Below, in pieces: positions 53,052 to 63,031 of a DNA stretch of 64,000 nt. Below the pieces are notes generated by a model. The model was not told where the DNA came from and ran no database searches. It saw only the letters and a program-made list of their open reading frames with translations. Numbering within the stretch: the first letter of the stretch is position 1; each line of letters begins with the position of its first letter. Origin of the DNA: Candidatus Bathyarchaeota archaeon (GTDB lineage Archaea > Thermoproteota > Bathyarchaeia > Bathyarchaeales > Bathycorpusculaceae); contig CAWGZR010000011.1 in NCBI GenBank assembly GCA_963827165.1, forward strand, positions 127,332 to 191,331, read 5' to 3'. The position numbers were made by a program, and so were the translations under genes.

Positions 53052-53207
53052 ATGGACGGAGCCAAGTGCATGGACTGTGCAGACTGGTCCGGTGCCTGCC
53101 ACCGACTATTAAATGGGCGAAGACAGCTCAATCAGATAGCTTCCAGCGATGCCTGTGGCAGCTTCGCACCCAAAAACACAAGACCTGTTCAGGAGGTTCT
53201 GCATTGA
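53052..53207 (+). CDS. Small Cys-rich proviral protein
   Basis: GGAGG SD; KCMDCADWSGAC...ACGSF. Confidence 0.6.
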   Translation: MDGAKCMDCADWSGACHRLLNGRRQLNQIASSDACGSFAPKNTRPVQEVLH

Positions 53208-53557
53208 GCAGTTTACAAATTGATAAGATAGATGCCGTCGATTGGTTGACTGATGAGCGATGGATCGCTTTTAGCTTCTATGGAGGCTTCGCGCAGTTTT
53301 TGGAGCACTATTACTTTACGCCTGGAACACCAAAAAGCTCCGAGTTCGAAGTAATGATTGCCAGAGTCTCAATTAACGGACTAAACGGTATAGCGCCTTT
53401 TTACAGGATTCGAGATAGCGTTGAGAACCGTGAGTCATTAAATGCTGCACTATCTGAGTATAATGGGACAGATTTGCTTGCTCCAGCAAAGCTGGATCAG
53501 GATATAGAGGGTCTGCGGCAGAAAGTTAGGGAAGTTGTACTTCCAGCTCTGAGGTAA
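53204..53557 (+). CDS. Proviral hypothetical protein
   Basis: AGGAGG SD, TTG start overlapping the upstream TGA. Confidence 0.65.
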   Translation: MSSLQIDKIDAVDWLTDERWIAFSFYGGFAQFLEHYYFTPGTPKSSEFEVMIARVSINGLNGIAPFYRIRDSVENRESLNAALSEYNGTDLLAPAKLDQDIEGLRQKVREVVLPALR

Positions 53558-53565
53558 ATTTTTTT

Positions 53566-54510
53566 ATGGCTAGTCCGTCTGATAGAAGTCAAAATATTTC
53601 GCGTTCAAAGTCAAAAGTCAAATTTGACTTCTGTACCGTTCGCACCCGCGTGATCCCGATACTCAAGGGCATTGAGGTTAAGATGTATCCTGCCAAGATT
53701 GGGCGTGCCCGTGGATGGAAGAAACAGCATGTTGCCTACTATGTAAAGAAGCTTGAGAAGGCAGGGTTAATTCGCAGATTAAAGCGCAGCAACTTCGTTG
53801 ACTACGAGTTGACAGAGCAAGGTCAAAACTTTCTCATATCATGTGAGGGTGTGCTGTTTAGCTCGGGCGTGTTTCGTCTGCATCGTTGCTTTTTCAAGTT
53901 TCCCGTTTTGCGTGAGGGCGTTTATCCGTCTGGGGATTTTCGGAGAATTGAGATGCAGAATTGGACTGCTCTTTTGGGCTTAGAGCAGGGTGTGAAGGTG
54001 CGTCATACGACGACTTCTTGGATTGTTCATGTGGAGACGCTTTATGGTCGGAGTCCTGGGGAGCTTGTGACTTTGGCTAAGAATTTGGCTGATCGAGTCG
54101 CTAAGGGTTTGATGAGTAAGTACGGCTGCGTGTTGGGTGATGGGCAGATTAACAAGCGTCATGAACTGGGCGTTGATGATCCAGTTGCCAATCTTTTGAA
54201 TCGCTATTTTTCGGTGAGTACTCCAAAACGGGTTATCGATGACAGTCCTGGAGAAGATGAGGGCGAGCTTGATCATGTTGGTCGAGATGCGGCGGTTGAG
54301 TATTTGCTGATGCCGGAGCGAGTCAAGAAGCTTGAGGGTCAAGTGGACAATGTCTTAACTGATTTAGCGAAGATTTCAGGCAGCCTTGAAAAGCTAGAAA
54401 AAATGGGTTACAGCCTAGCCAAGGTCGCCGAAGCCCTGGGCAAGCTCACAGATTTTCAAACTAATCAAGAGGTTCCAAGCGGTCCTGGGGGCAAAGAATA
54501 CATTGCTTAG
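53566..54510 (+). CDS. Winged-HTH (MarR-like) protein with uncharacterised C-terminal domain and coiled coil
   Basis: PAKIGRARGWKKQHVAYYVKKLEKAGLI...YELTEQG. Confidence 0.8.
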   Translation: MASPSDRSQNISRSKSKVKFDFCTVRTRVIPILKGIEVKMYPAKIGRARGWKKQHVAYYVKKLEKAGLIRRLKRSNFVDYELTEQGQNFLISCEGVLFSSGVFRLHRCFFKFPVLREGVYPSGDFRRIEMQNWTALLGLEQGVKVRHTTTSWIVHVETLYGRSPGELVTLAKNLADRVAKGLMSKYGCVLGDGQINKRHELGVDDPVANLLNRYFSVSTPKRVIDDSPGEDEGELDHVGRDAAVEYLLMPERVKKLEGQVDNVLTDLAKISGSLEKLEKMGYSLAKVAEALGKLTDFQTNQEVPSGPGGKEYIA

Positions 54511-54658
54511 TCAAGTGTTAAGGCAAGAAATTAGCGCTCTTAGAGCCAAAGCTTGCAGGCACATCATAAAGGCAGCTTCATTAAACGATACTTGGAGCAT
54601 GAAACGCTATTCTGCAATCAACAGTTATCTGGCTGAATTAAATGGGAGCGGCGTCTAA
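54503..54658 (+). CDS. Small proviral hypothetical protein (51 aa)
   Basis: TTG overlapping the upstream gene end; MLSQVLRQEISALRAKACRHIIK... Confidence 0.45.
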   Translation: MLSQVLRQEISALRAKACRHIIKAASLNDTWSMKRYSAINSYLAELNGSGV

Positions 54659-54823
54659 TGTCTGTTAAAACCTGTTCAAAAGCACTTTTAGCGTTCATGG
54701 TGCTGCATGGGAAAAGTCCATGCTTTTCACAAGTCACTTTTCTGCAATTAGTTGGTCCTGATTACCCGCTGTCAATTTTGCCATGTGTTGATGGACAAGA
54801 ATTCTTGGAGTGTGCATTCTGAT

Positions 54824-55303
54824 ATGGAGACCGATGAAAAACCTGTTCAGAGCGCCAAAAAGAAGCGTAGTCAAAGCGATAAGATTGGACGTTTGAAGTA
54901 TAATCAGCAGCTCCTCAAGCAGACTTTGGCCGAGGTTGAAGAGGTTAAGCTTATGCTACGCTCAATCTTTGCAGGTCTGAAGGATTCCTTCAATTTTGAA
55001 CAGTCACTCATCGAGCGGATTGCTTGTGAGGATGAGATTGACCGGGAGATTCTGCGTTTACTCTTTGAGGCTGGTAGTCTTGGTTTGTTGCCAAAGGATT
55101 TAGCCATTAAGCTTGAGAGGTTTAAGGTTACACGTTACCAAGTTAGTCGCCGAATATTGCGAATGAACAAACGTTTAGAGAAGGAATTTGGGGAAAAGGT
55201 TGCGGAACAGAGAGGCTGGCATTGGGCGTTAACAAGTTTTGCAGTTGAAGCTTGGAGCAAAACAAAAGATGAACTGTCTTGCCTTGGCGGTTCCGCATTT
55301 TAA
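54824..55303 (+). CDS. Winged-HTH proviral protein
   Basis: DREILRLL..AGSLGLLPKDLA...VSRRILRMN...WALT. Confidence 0.75.
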   Translation: METDEKPVQSAKKKRSQSDKIGRLKYNQQLLKQTLAEVEEVKLMLRSIFAGLKDSFNFEQSLIERIACEDEIDREILRLLFEAGSLGLLPKDLAIKLERFKVTRYQVSRRILRMNKRLEKEFGEKVAEQRGWHWALTSFAVEAWSKTKDELSCLGGSAF

Positions 55304-55323
55304 GCTTCTGACCATTTAGTAAG

Positions 55324-55664
55324 TCAGCATTTGGCGCCAAGCAAGATTGTCGAGAATCGGTGGATTTCCTCAATTATAGAGTTCATATTATCGGTTACTT
55401 TTCTGCCTTTTTCAGTTAAACTGTAAACCCTTCCATTTCTATTGCGAGCGCATTTTACTTCACCTTACTTTCCATGGAACCCAACGTCAAGTAAATAGTA
55501 CTTGGAGCGATCATAATTCCAAACTTCTCAACAAAAGATTTGTTAATCTCATAACAAGTCATAGGCCGGTGCGACAGTTGGCACAGCACAGCAAGATCCA
55601 AAAAAGCCCTAAGAGTTCTATTTTGAATAGTCGGCTGCAAATCCAAATTCAAAACCAAAACCAC
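55324..55664 (-). pseudogene. PadR-family regulator with frameshift near 55465
   Basis: LDLAVLCQLSHRPMTCYEI...STIYLTL, then shifted frame GEVKC...RVYSLTEKGRK to TGA at 55324. Confidence 0.7.
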
Positions 55665-56060
55665 CTAAAGGTTACCAAACGTGGGCTGCTTAAGAACCTG
55701 ACGAAATTAAAGCTGTAAAAATTTGGCGTTCGACACAAATGCAAAACCTCAACGTTATTTGAACAATTTCTGCGTTTTATCATGACTAAATTTTTGGAAT
55801 CCGAACAGCATTCTGTTCAACATCTTTATTCCTAAAACTATTCGGAATAGGAATATTAATCGTATTATTACTAATATTAGTAAGTAGCAATAAACCGTAT
55901 AAGCTTAGTGATAACATATCCACATTGTCGTGTGAAACGCTATCACATTTATTTTGATTGATTGGCGCCGACGACGCAGAAACTAACTGTTTCGTGGACA
56001 GTTTCCGTCTATCTCTAAGAAAGGACAGAAATAGAACGGTAAAGGGAGGTGAAAAAGGAA

Positions 56061-56849
56061 ATGAAAAATGCAATGCCGAAATGGAAGCTTTCTCTTATCA
56101 TTGTCTTCGCAAGCATTATGTTAACCAGTTCTTTAACAGCGGTTTATGCAACTGCAGCTTCCAATAGCAATCTATTGCCAGATTACCTTGTTAGATACGC
56201 AGAATACCTAAGCAATGGAAATGCTACTCAATTAGCCATAATCGAAAGCGAGATGGTAACCCAACAAAAAACAAATCAAGAACGAATTGCCGCCACTAAC
56301 GGAGCCTGTCTAAACTTCGACCCTAATAGCCAAACGTCTTTGATCACACAAAGTACAACAATCTACAGCCAGGTATCTTCGATCATTGCTACTTCCCCAC
56401 CAACCATAGACATTAAAACTGGGGCTACAGTAGGCGAAATTCTAAATGCTAATGGATTGATAGGTCAACCAGACGGCGTCTATGCATACCTGTTTACTGA
56501 TGGCTGGACTGAAAATGTAAACAATCCTATAGGCGGCGAAGCATTTGCAGATTGCCTTATGACCAATCAAGGCGCGTACGGAGACATGTACATCTATGCT
56601 TACACACCCTTACCCAGTTGGAACAACTATGTAATGATATCAGGCAGCAACAATAATGCGAATTGGAATTGGATAGGCTGCGCTCAAGTGAGTTCCACTA
56701 CACCAGGATGGATTTGGACTGGCTATAATGCTACCGCATACCAGTACGTTGGAATTGAGTGCTGGACACCGCCGCCATACCCAATTTACTACTCGCCCCT
56801 TATAACAAATTGCGTATATATAGACAGTTTCATGACTGCATACCCTTGA
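56061..56849 (+). CDS. Secreted hypothetical protein
   Basis: GGAGGTG SD, signal peptide, Asn/Tyr/Trp-rich beta domain. Confidence 0.8.
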   Translation: MKNAMPKWKLSLIIVFASIMLTSSLTAVYATAASNSNLLPDYLVRYAEYLSNGNATQLAIIESEMVTQQKTNQERIAATNGACLNFDPNSQTSLITQSTTIYSQVSSIIATSPPTIDIKTGATVGEILNANGLIGQPDGVYAYLFTDGWTENVNNPIGGEAFADCLMTNQGAYGDMYIYAYTPLPSWNNYVMISGSNNNANWNWIGCAQVSSTTPGWIWTGYNATAYQYVGIECWTPPPYPIYYSPLITNCVYIDSFMTAYP

Positions 56850-56954
56850 AAAACCAGCTTGAGAGAATAAGGTTTTCGTAAATAAACGAGCACATTATTC
56901 CTAAATCCCTTTTTTCTTTCTCAAACAAACCCAAATTGTATATGCATGTAGTTT

Positions 56955-58037
56955 TTAACGATTGTCTTGAAAAGAGGAAAGTCTTTTTCTGAAGACTATT
57001 AAGATGCTAATGCAAGTCGCTAAAGTTAATAGTGCTAGTGGAGCTAATTCAGGCACGATTGACGATACGCTTTGTTGGGAAGACAGTGAATTTGAGGGGA
57101 GCATGGTTATGGGCTGAACGCTAACCGGTGTGACAAGAGGGTATCTATCGGTAATGGTTGGGTCTTCACGAATAAGGTAAGATGTATCACCGATGCCCGT
57201 TTGGCCAATTTCCGTCGCATTGGGATATTTGATGGTGTAATCACTCCAGTAATTGCCTCTGGAGCCATTATCCCATGGGGACATGGTACCTTCCCCGCCG
57301 AAACCTACCGCATCAGACGTTACAGAGACAATCGTATCATTTGCTCCAATGATGAAGTTGTTGAGGTAGATTTGGAAGCTGCTTGGCGGCATGTTGTCAG
57401 TGTTTACTGCGATGTTGTTGTTTGCAATATTATTTTCTGTTATGATAACGCCTGTGCTGGAACTGATCAGAAAGCCGCAGTAGTTGTTCATTATCTGGTT
57501 TTGCTGGATGTTATTGTTATTTCCTTGAATGCGAACACCATAGATGCTGTTTGCTAAATAGTTGCCAGTAACATCGTAGTTATCGGCGTAGATGGCTATG
57601 GCGCGCTCTGTTTCGGTGATGTTGTTGCTGGTGATTGTGTTGCCGTTGCAGGAACCTAAAACGCCTACTTCCCAACCGTTGATGTTGAAGTTGTAGACTG
57701 TTACGTTGCTGCATGTGAGGTTTATGGCGGAAGTAGCCTCTAATCCTGCTACACCGGGGGTTCCCCACCCACCCTCGCCCTGAAGAACAAATCCTTCACC
57801 ATCAAGGACTATGTTGTTACGTAATACCACAATGGGTGAATTGTAAAGGTTGGCGGTAAGGAGGTATAAGTTTCCGTCCCGCTGAATACAAGTAGTGCCT
57901 GAAATCGAGCCATCTGAGTTAATGAATATGGTTCTAGTTGACTGCGATTTGACAGTGGACATAGCGGCTAAACTAACTAAGCAAAATAAGAGGAAAAAAC
58001 AAACGAAAACTCTTTCCATTTTCCTATTCTTTTTCAT
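56955..58037 (-). CDS. NosD-like beta-helix surface protein with TM anchor
   Basis: IFINSDGSI, NIVLDGEG, IYLNNF, WDNGSRGNYWSDY, DRYPL, TM. Confidence 0.85.
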   Translation of the reverse strand: MKKNRKMERVFVCFFLLFCLVSLAAMSTVKSQSTRTIFINSDGSISGTTCIQRDGNLYLLTANLYNSPIVVLRNNIVLDGEGFVLQGEGGWGTPGVAGLEATSAINLTCSNVTVYNFNINGWEVGVLGSCNGNTITSNNITETERAIAIYADNYDVTGNYLANSIYGVRIQGNNNNIQQNQIMNNYCGFLISSSTGVIITENNIANNNIAVNTDNMPPSSFQIYLNNFIIGANDTIVSVTSDAVGFGGEGTMSPWDNGSRGNYWSDYTIKYPNATEIGQTGIGDTSYLIREDPTITDRYPLVTPVSVQPITMLPSNSLSSQQSVSSIVPELAPLALLTLATCISILIVFRKRLSSFQDNR

Positions 58038-58233
58038 ATTAATCTTGACCTCAGTCTACCATAACGTACATAATTAGCAAGTAACTTATAGCTCTCCCCA
58101 AAGAACAGCACCGTTCTTGAATGGGAACAGGCGTACTGAAGTCTTAAGTTAAAGCCAAGCTGGGTCACTAAATTGAGCGAAAAATAGAAATCTTCGAAAG
58201 ATAATTTTAAGGAATTATTCTGGAGACTTTGGT

Positions 58234-58698
58234 TTGTCGGACGATGTCAGTGTGGTGCTTGAGGGTACCACTCTCATGGTTTATGTCTTTGTAGCTAAGG
58301 AAAGAAAGCCTGTTGGGCCAAGGGACGTGATGCGCGGTCTAAATCTTGGCAGTCCCAGTGTGGCTTATAGGCATCTTCAGAAACTTGAAGACGCGAAACT
58401 ATTGGTAAAAAACGAGTACGGCGAATACTTCCTCAAGAAGAAAATGAGAATCACCGGATATCACTGGATTGGTCGAACCCTTTTGCCTACTGAGATGTTC
58501 TATTTCTATTGCTTCTTCGGGCTCTTCATTGTGGAGATTTTGATTTTAACAATTCATTTTGAAGTTGAAACCTACGAGTTTAAAGTTTTCTTCCTGATAG
58601 GTCTTTCAATAACAGGAATCGCCATGATCCTTTTCCTTAAAGAGGCCTTATCGTCGAATAAGCGTATAGGCAAAACATCAGCACGTAGCCAAAGATGA
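58234..58698 (+). CDS. wHTH regulator with two C-terminal TMs
   Basis: LEGTTLMVY...VGPRDVMRGLNLGSPSVAYRHLQKL. Confidence 0.85.
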   Translation: MSDDVSVVLEGTTLMVYVFVAKERKPVGPRDVMRGLNLGSPSVAYRHLQKLEDAKLLVKNEYGEYFLKKKMRITGYHWIGRTLLPTEMFYFYCFFGLFIVEILILTIHFEVETYEFKVFFLIGLSITGIAMILFLKEALSSNKRIGKTSARSQR

Positions 58699-58920
58699 AT
58701 AGTTTCTGTTTCAAAAGTTCTTAGCAAAATGGCGAGAACTCAGGTCATAAAACTGTCAATCGGCGCATAGTTTTGTACAAACGGAAAATAATATTTGCTG
58801 TGGAGGGGCGTCCAGCACTCGACTGCGATATAAGAGAATAATAATGAAGAGTGGTTTAACAGTTTGTCATCTGTTTGTTATCCATTTGTTATCAAATTGG
58901 GTAAAACTATTCAAGCTCTC

Positions 58921-59991
58921 ATGCCCCCGAGTGGCTGTAAGAGCTATCTAAACTCTAAAATAACGACAAAGGAGGATTTAAAAATAAAATTTAAAAAAAC
59001 CTTTGCTGGATTAGTTGTGTTTTGTATTGCAGTTTTGTTTCTATCAGTTATTGCCCCAAGTGTACTAGCTTTAGACACAACTAATCCAACAAGCTTACAA
59101 ACATTGCCTAATATTGCAAGCAGTACAGACCCGGGAATCAAAGTAAACGCTACTTCAATGCTACAGGAGTTGGGATACACTGAGCAAAACATCACAAGCA
59201 TGTCACAAAGCAGTATTGACAAGATTTTGCTATCTCAAGGAAACCAAAACCCTAATGCAACCATTTCCCAAATCGAACAGAACTTATTTGGCAACTCTCC
59301 AGCGCCACTCCAAGTTGAACCGCAAACACTAACGGGTACAGCATGCTTAGTAGTCGCAGTTTGGACCTACCTCGACCCCTCTTATTCCTCAACATTAAAT
59401 CAAGATGCATATAACGCTTTAATTTACAATGTTAACAACGCTGGATACAACTATTTGGAAACCTTAACAAATACTCAGGCAACACATACAAATGTTTGGG
59501 AATGGTTAACAATGCTTTGCGTTTCGTACGCAGAAGTTGATGTATACTTTATTGGTCACGGATGTCAAGTTCAACTTTCAAATAACCCCCCCACCTACAC
59601 TTATGGCTTTGTTTGCTATGATGCAATGGATCAATACGGAAACATAAACACAAGCAATCTCTATTATGGAGCCGAAATGCAAAGCTATAATGTGCACCCC
59701 TATGACTATTCAACGCTAAGACTAGGCGTGGGTGGTTTTTGTTGGGCAGGCACATTCGAAACGTATTTCATCAATCAAGCTGAAAACCAAGACCGCGCAT
59801 GGATGGGAGCACCAGGCGAAGAGGGACAAGAATATGGCGAATACTTCTTTGCCTACTTCGGATATTACTGGTACCCAGAATATCAGACATCATACACCTC
59901 ATTCACTGATGCCGCTAACGCTGCTGCACCGTATACAGATGGTTACACCACTATAGCCTATACAGGAAACGGCAACCCATTCACATACTAA
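58921..59991 (+). CDS. Secreted protein with clan CD-like His-Gly...Cys motif (putative cysteine peptidase)
   Basis: Signal peptide; VDVYFIGHG and LRLGVGGFCWAG; start uncertain (ATG 58921 or ATA 58984 behind GGAGG). Confidence 0.7.
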   Translation: MPPSGCKSYLNSKITTKEDLKIKFKKTFAGLVVFCIAVLFLSVIAPSVLALDTTNPTSLQTLPNIASSTDPGIKVNATSMLQELGYTEQNITSMSQSSIDKILLSQGNQNPNATISQIEQNLFGNSPAPLQVEPQTLTGTACLVVAVWTYLDPSYSSTLNQDAYNALIYNVNNAGYNYLETLTNTQATHTNVWEWLTMLCVSYAEVDVYFIGHGCQVQLSNNPPTYTYGFVCYDAMDQYGNINTSNLYYGAEMQSYNVHPYDYSTLRLGVGGFCWAGTFETYFINQAENQDRAWMGAPGEEGQEYGEYFFAYFGYYWYPEYQTSYTSFTDAANAAAPYTDGYTTIAYTGNGNPFTY

Positions 59992-60146
59992 TTAGACATG
60001 AGAATCTTTCCTTCCGCATTCCCTTTTTCTTTTTTTAAAATTTCATGATAATAAATAGGCGTTCAAAAAATTTTCTGAATCCTAACACTAAGAAATCCAC
60101 TCGAAGAGTAAATTATGAAAAAAAGAAATAATTAAGAGGTAAAAAA

Positions 60147-61052
60147 TTACCCGATTTGGCATATTAGTACATCATTGTTTGGGCTGTTGTAAGCTAAATC
60201 ATAGTTAGTAATGTTTCCAGCGAGTGTAAATTCCATGAGGTTTAGGTTTGTTCCAACTATCGGTGTTGATGTGGTGTTTAGAATCATTGCAGGTTGCCCA
60301 TTAACAGTCACGTATAGATAGTGGTAGTTAAAGTCGGCAGTAGATGGACTGATTGTATAGTTAAAGTCGAGGTTTGTATACAGTCCATAGTATGATGTGC
60401 CATTGGGGTAGTTTAGACCACGATTGTTGAATGCAAGACCGCCAATTGTGTATGCATGAGTTTCTACTGCTGGCTGACAACTGACTGTGACTTGGTAAAA
60501 AACGGTGCTATCGGTGATAGTTATGTTGAGAGGCTTTGTTTGCAGCTGGTATGGCGGGATTTCTCCGACTTCGCCTATAACATAGTATGCTCCAGAAGAG
60601 ACCTGATTGAAGCTTGGAAAGTTGATTTCTGGCCAGTTAAGGGTTTGCGTGTAGTTTTCGCCTGGAGCCAGAGGCAGAGTCAAGTTGGTTAGTGGATACG
60701 CCCCGAAACTCCATGAGTATACTTTGTTGTTTGTGCTGTTATAGACTTGGAAGTTAAAATTTGCATTTCCATTTTGGTTGGTAAAGTTTGCCGTTTGGCT
60801 TCCCGTATTAGTAATCGCGAACGTTATTGGCACTGTTTCTCCTGATGCATATTGAGTTTTGTTTGCTTGAAGTGTTATGGATAGTTGAAATCCATCACTA
60901 ATGCTACTGAATGAGCTAAGATTTTCAGCAGGGGGGTCTAACTTAGACTTCGTTTGAGCAGCAGTAATATCGAATACTGCCCATGCAGAAACTACCGAAA
61001 CAGCGAGAATTGCAGTCAATATAACGGTCAAGAGTTTTTTCATTCTATCCAT
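60147..61052 (-). CDS. Secreted protein with BsuPI-like (proteinase inhibitor Ig-like) domain
   Basis: YASGETVPITFAITNTG...FNFQVYN....VYSWS...LAPGENYTQTLNW....GAYYV. Confidence 0.7.
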   Translation of the reverse strand: MDRMKKLLTVILTAILAVSVVSAWAVFDITAAQTKSKLDPPAENLSSFSSISDGFQLSITLQANKTQYASGETVPITFAITNTGSQTANFTNQNGNANFNFQVYNSTNNKVYSWSFGAYPLTNLTLPLAPGENYTQTLNWPEINFPSFNQVSSGAYYVIGEVGEIPPYQLQTKPLNITITDSTVFYQVTVSCQPAVETHAYTIGGLAFNNRGLNYPNGTSYYGLYTNLDFNYTISPSTADFNYHYLYVTVNGQPAMILNTTSTPIVGTNLNLMEFTLAGNITNYDLAYNSPNNDVLICQIG

Positions 61053-61266
61053 TTTTATGCCTATATATGATGTATTATAGAATCATTTAAAACCAATGGT
61101 TAGAAGGTTAGTTCTTTTTTTTAGTTCAGTGAAATTTTTTTGAACTAGATAGTTTTTTAAGTTAGATGCTATATCTACTGCGCAAAAATATTGGGCGAGC
61201 GCTAAGCTCAAGTTTGTTTCGGTTTTCGCCCCCTTCACCCAAAAGTTGGGAGTGCGGTTTTATAGC

Positions 61267-61530
61267 ATGACACATAAACGAGGCAGAAGAAACCCTAAAA
61301 CTCAAGAAATTCGGATTCAATTGAAAGATTCTCGTCAGTTTATTCGAGAACGAGCTTTCTTTGATAGGCTTAAGGGAGAGTCTGTTTGTTTGGTCTCGGT
61401 TGATGATGTGGCTTGTCACTTAGCGTTAAAGTTTGGAGAGCCCGTTCCCGAGGCTGTGCCTAATGTAGAGCGTGGGCTGGTTCTTACCAATACTCAAGGC
61501 GAAGGAGCCTTCCAGTCAATAGAAATGTAA
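61267..61530 (+). CDS. Proviral hypothetical protein
   Basis: First ORF of the rightward operon. Confidence 0.65.
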   Translation: MTHKRGRRNPKTQEIRIQLKDSRQFIRERAFFDRLKGESVCLVSVDDVACHLALKFGEPVPEAVPNVERGLVLTNTQGEGAFQSIEM

Positions 61531-61580
61531 TCAGTGCTGTCGAGGCAATGCTGTTGGAGACAAACGAAGATGAAACACAA

Positions 61581-61829
61581 ATGGGCAAAGTTTGTCCAGA
61601 TGCTAACAAGAACCCGACTTGTCCCTACATAACTGCCATCCACACCAATACGGCGCAAGTTAACCGAATAGAAAATGCGCTAGTGGGAGAGGACTTTCAA
61701 TCTGGGTTGGTAGCCAAGGTGCATCAGCTTGAAGTTACTCAGAAAATCTTGATCGCTTTAGGCAGTACCAGCCTTGTTGGATTGGTTAGCCTTGTCTTAA
61801 TCTTGTTTGAGAGGTTTGTGATCAAGTAA
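61581..61829 (+). CDS. Small coiled-coil + C-terminal TM protein
   Basis: VNRIENALVG...SGLVAKV + TM; stop overlaps the next ATG. Confidence 0.65.
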   Translation: MGKVCPDANKNPTCPYITAIHTNTAQVNRIENALVGEDFQSGLVAKVHQLEVTQKILIALGSTSLVGLVSLVLILFERFVIK

Positions 61830-62368
61830 TGTCGATTATTATTCCAGCCGCTGAAACCGTAGCGGTAAGCGCGATTAAAACTGATGGGCAAAACCCAAAC
61901 AAGATGAGCAAAGATCAGCTGGAGCGGCTTAAAGCTTCTATTAAGAAGTGGGGTTTTATCGTTCCCATCATAACTAACAAGGATCTCTTAATTGCTGACG
62001 GTGAACAGCGCTATACAGCTGCAAAAGCCCTGGGCATGACTGAAGTTTCCATTATACGTTTACCAGTTGAAGATGTGGATCGTCGACTACTAAGGCAAGT
62101 TCTAAACAAGCTCAAAGGCGAGCACCAAAAAGAGCTTGACCTTGCAGAGTACGAACGCATTATTGAAGCTGGAAAAGAAGATGATCTCAAATATCTGCTA
62201 ATGCTCTCGGACGACAAGTTAACTAATGCTTTGGGTCAAGAAGAAAAAGGCGTTAACTTCGACGAGTCCTTTGAAGTGGTAATTGAATGCGAAGATGAGG
62301 TCCATCAAGAGGCAGTCTATAACAAACTAATTGGTGAAGGTTACAAATGCCGCGTTTTGAGTTTGTAA
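61829..62368 (+). CDS. ParB/Srx-like nuclease domain protein
   Basis: NPNKM...LKASIKKWGFIVPII....IADGEQRYTAA; VVIECEDEVHQ C-terminal module. Confidence 0.88.
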   Translation: MSIIIPAAETVAVSAIKTDGQNPNKMSKDQLERLKASIKKWGFIVPIITNKDLLIADGEQRYTAAKALGMTEVSIIRLPVEDVDRRLLRQVLNKLKGEHQKELDLAEYERIIEAGKEDDLKYLLMLSDDKLTNALGQEEKGVNFDESFEVVIECEDEVHQEAVYNKLIGEGYKCRVLSL

Positions 62369-63031
62369 AAACCTGGTCCAAACCTGATAGCTTCCGTGCT
62401 CAGTCTGTTATCGGGAGCTTCACCTTAACAGATTGCAAGATGGAGAAGCATTTTACTGGGGAGCTTCCTATCGAGAGCGAGGCTCTGGCAAATCGGCATC
62501 ATTGTCGGTCGCAGTGGGACAGGCAAAACCAGCATTGCTAAAACGCTTTTTCCTCAAAGCTACATCAAAGGCTTTGACTATTCACATGAGTCGATTTTAG
62601 ATGATTTCCCAACAAGTCTTCAAGTAAATGAGATCACCAAAAACCTTTGCAGCGTCGGCTTTGCCTCGCCTCCCGATTGGCTCAAAAACTATGAGGCGCT
62701 GAGTCAGGGAGAAAAGATGCGGGTAGATATTGCAAGGGCGCTCAGTTTAGATCAGGATCTAATTGTTTTTGATGAGTTTACAAGCGTTGTAGATAGGGAG
62801 ATAGCAAAAGTCAGTGCTTACGCTATTAGCAAAGCAGTTCGAAGATCAGGCAAGAAGTTCATAGCAGTCACATGTCATTATGACGTTATTGATTGGTTGG
62901 AGCCTGATTGGGTGTTTTGCACCGACGCTATGGAGTTTATAAAAAAAAAGTTAGCCACCCAACAATTGACATCTCAGTTCATAAATGCAGCAATTCCATG
63001 TGGCAGGTCTTTAGGCAATATCACTATCTAA
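62347..63031 (+). CDS. ABC-type ATPase (viral), with +1 frameshift near 62485
   Basis: After the shift: WQIGIIVGRSGTGKT (Walker A), LSQGEKMR (signature), IVFDEFTSVVDR (Walker B), VTCHYD. Confidence 0.8.
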
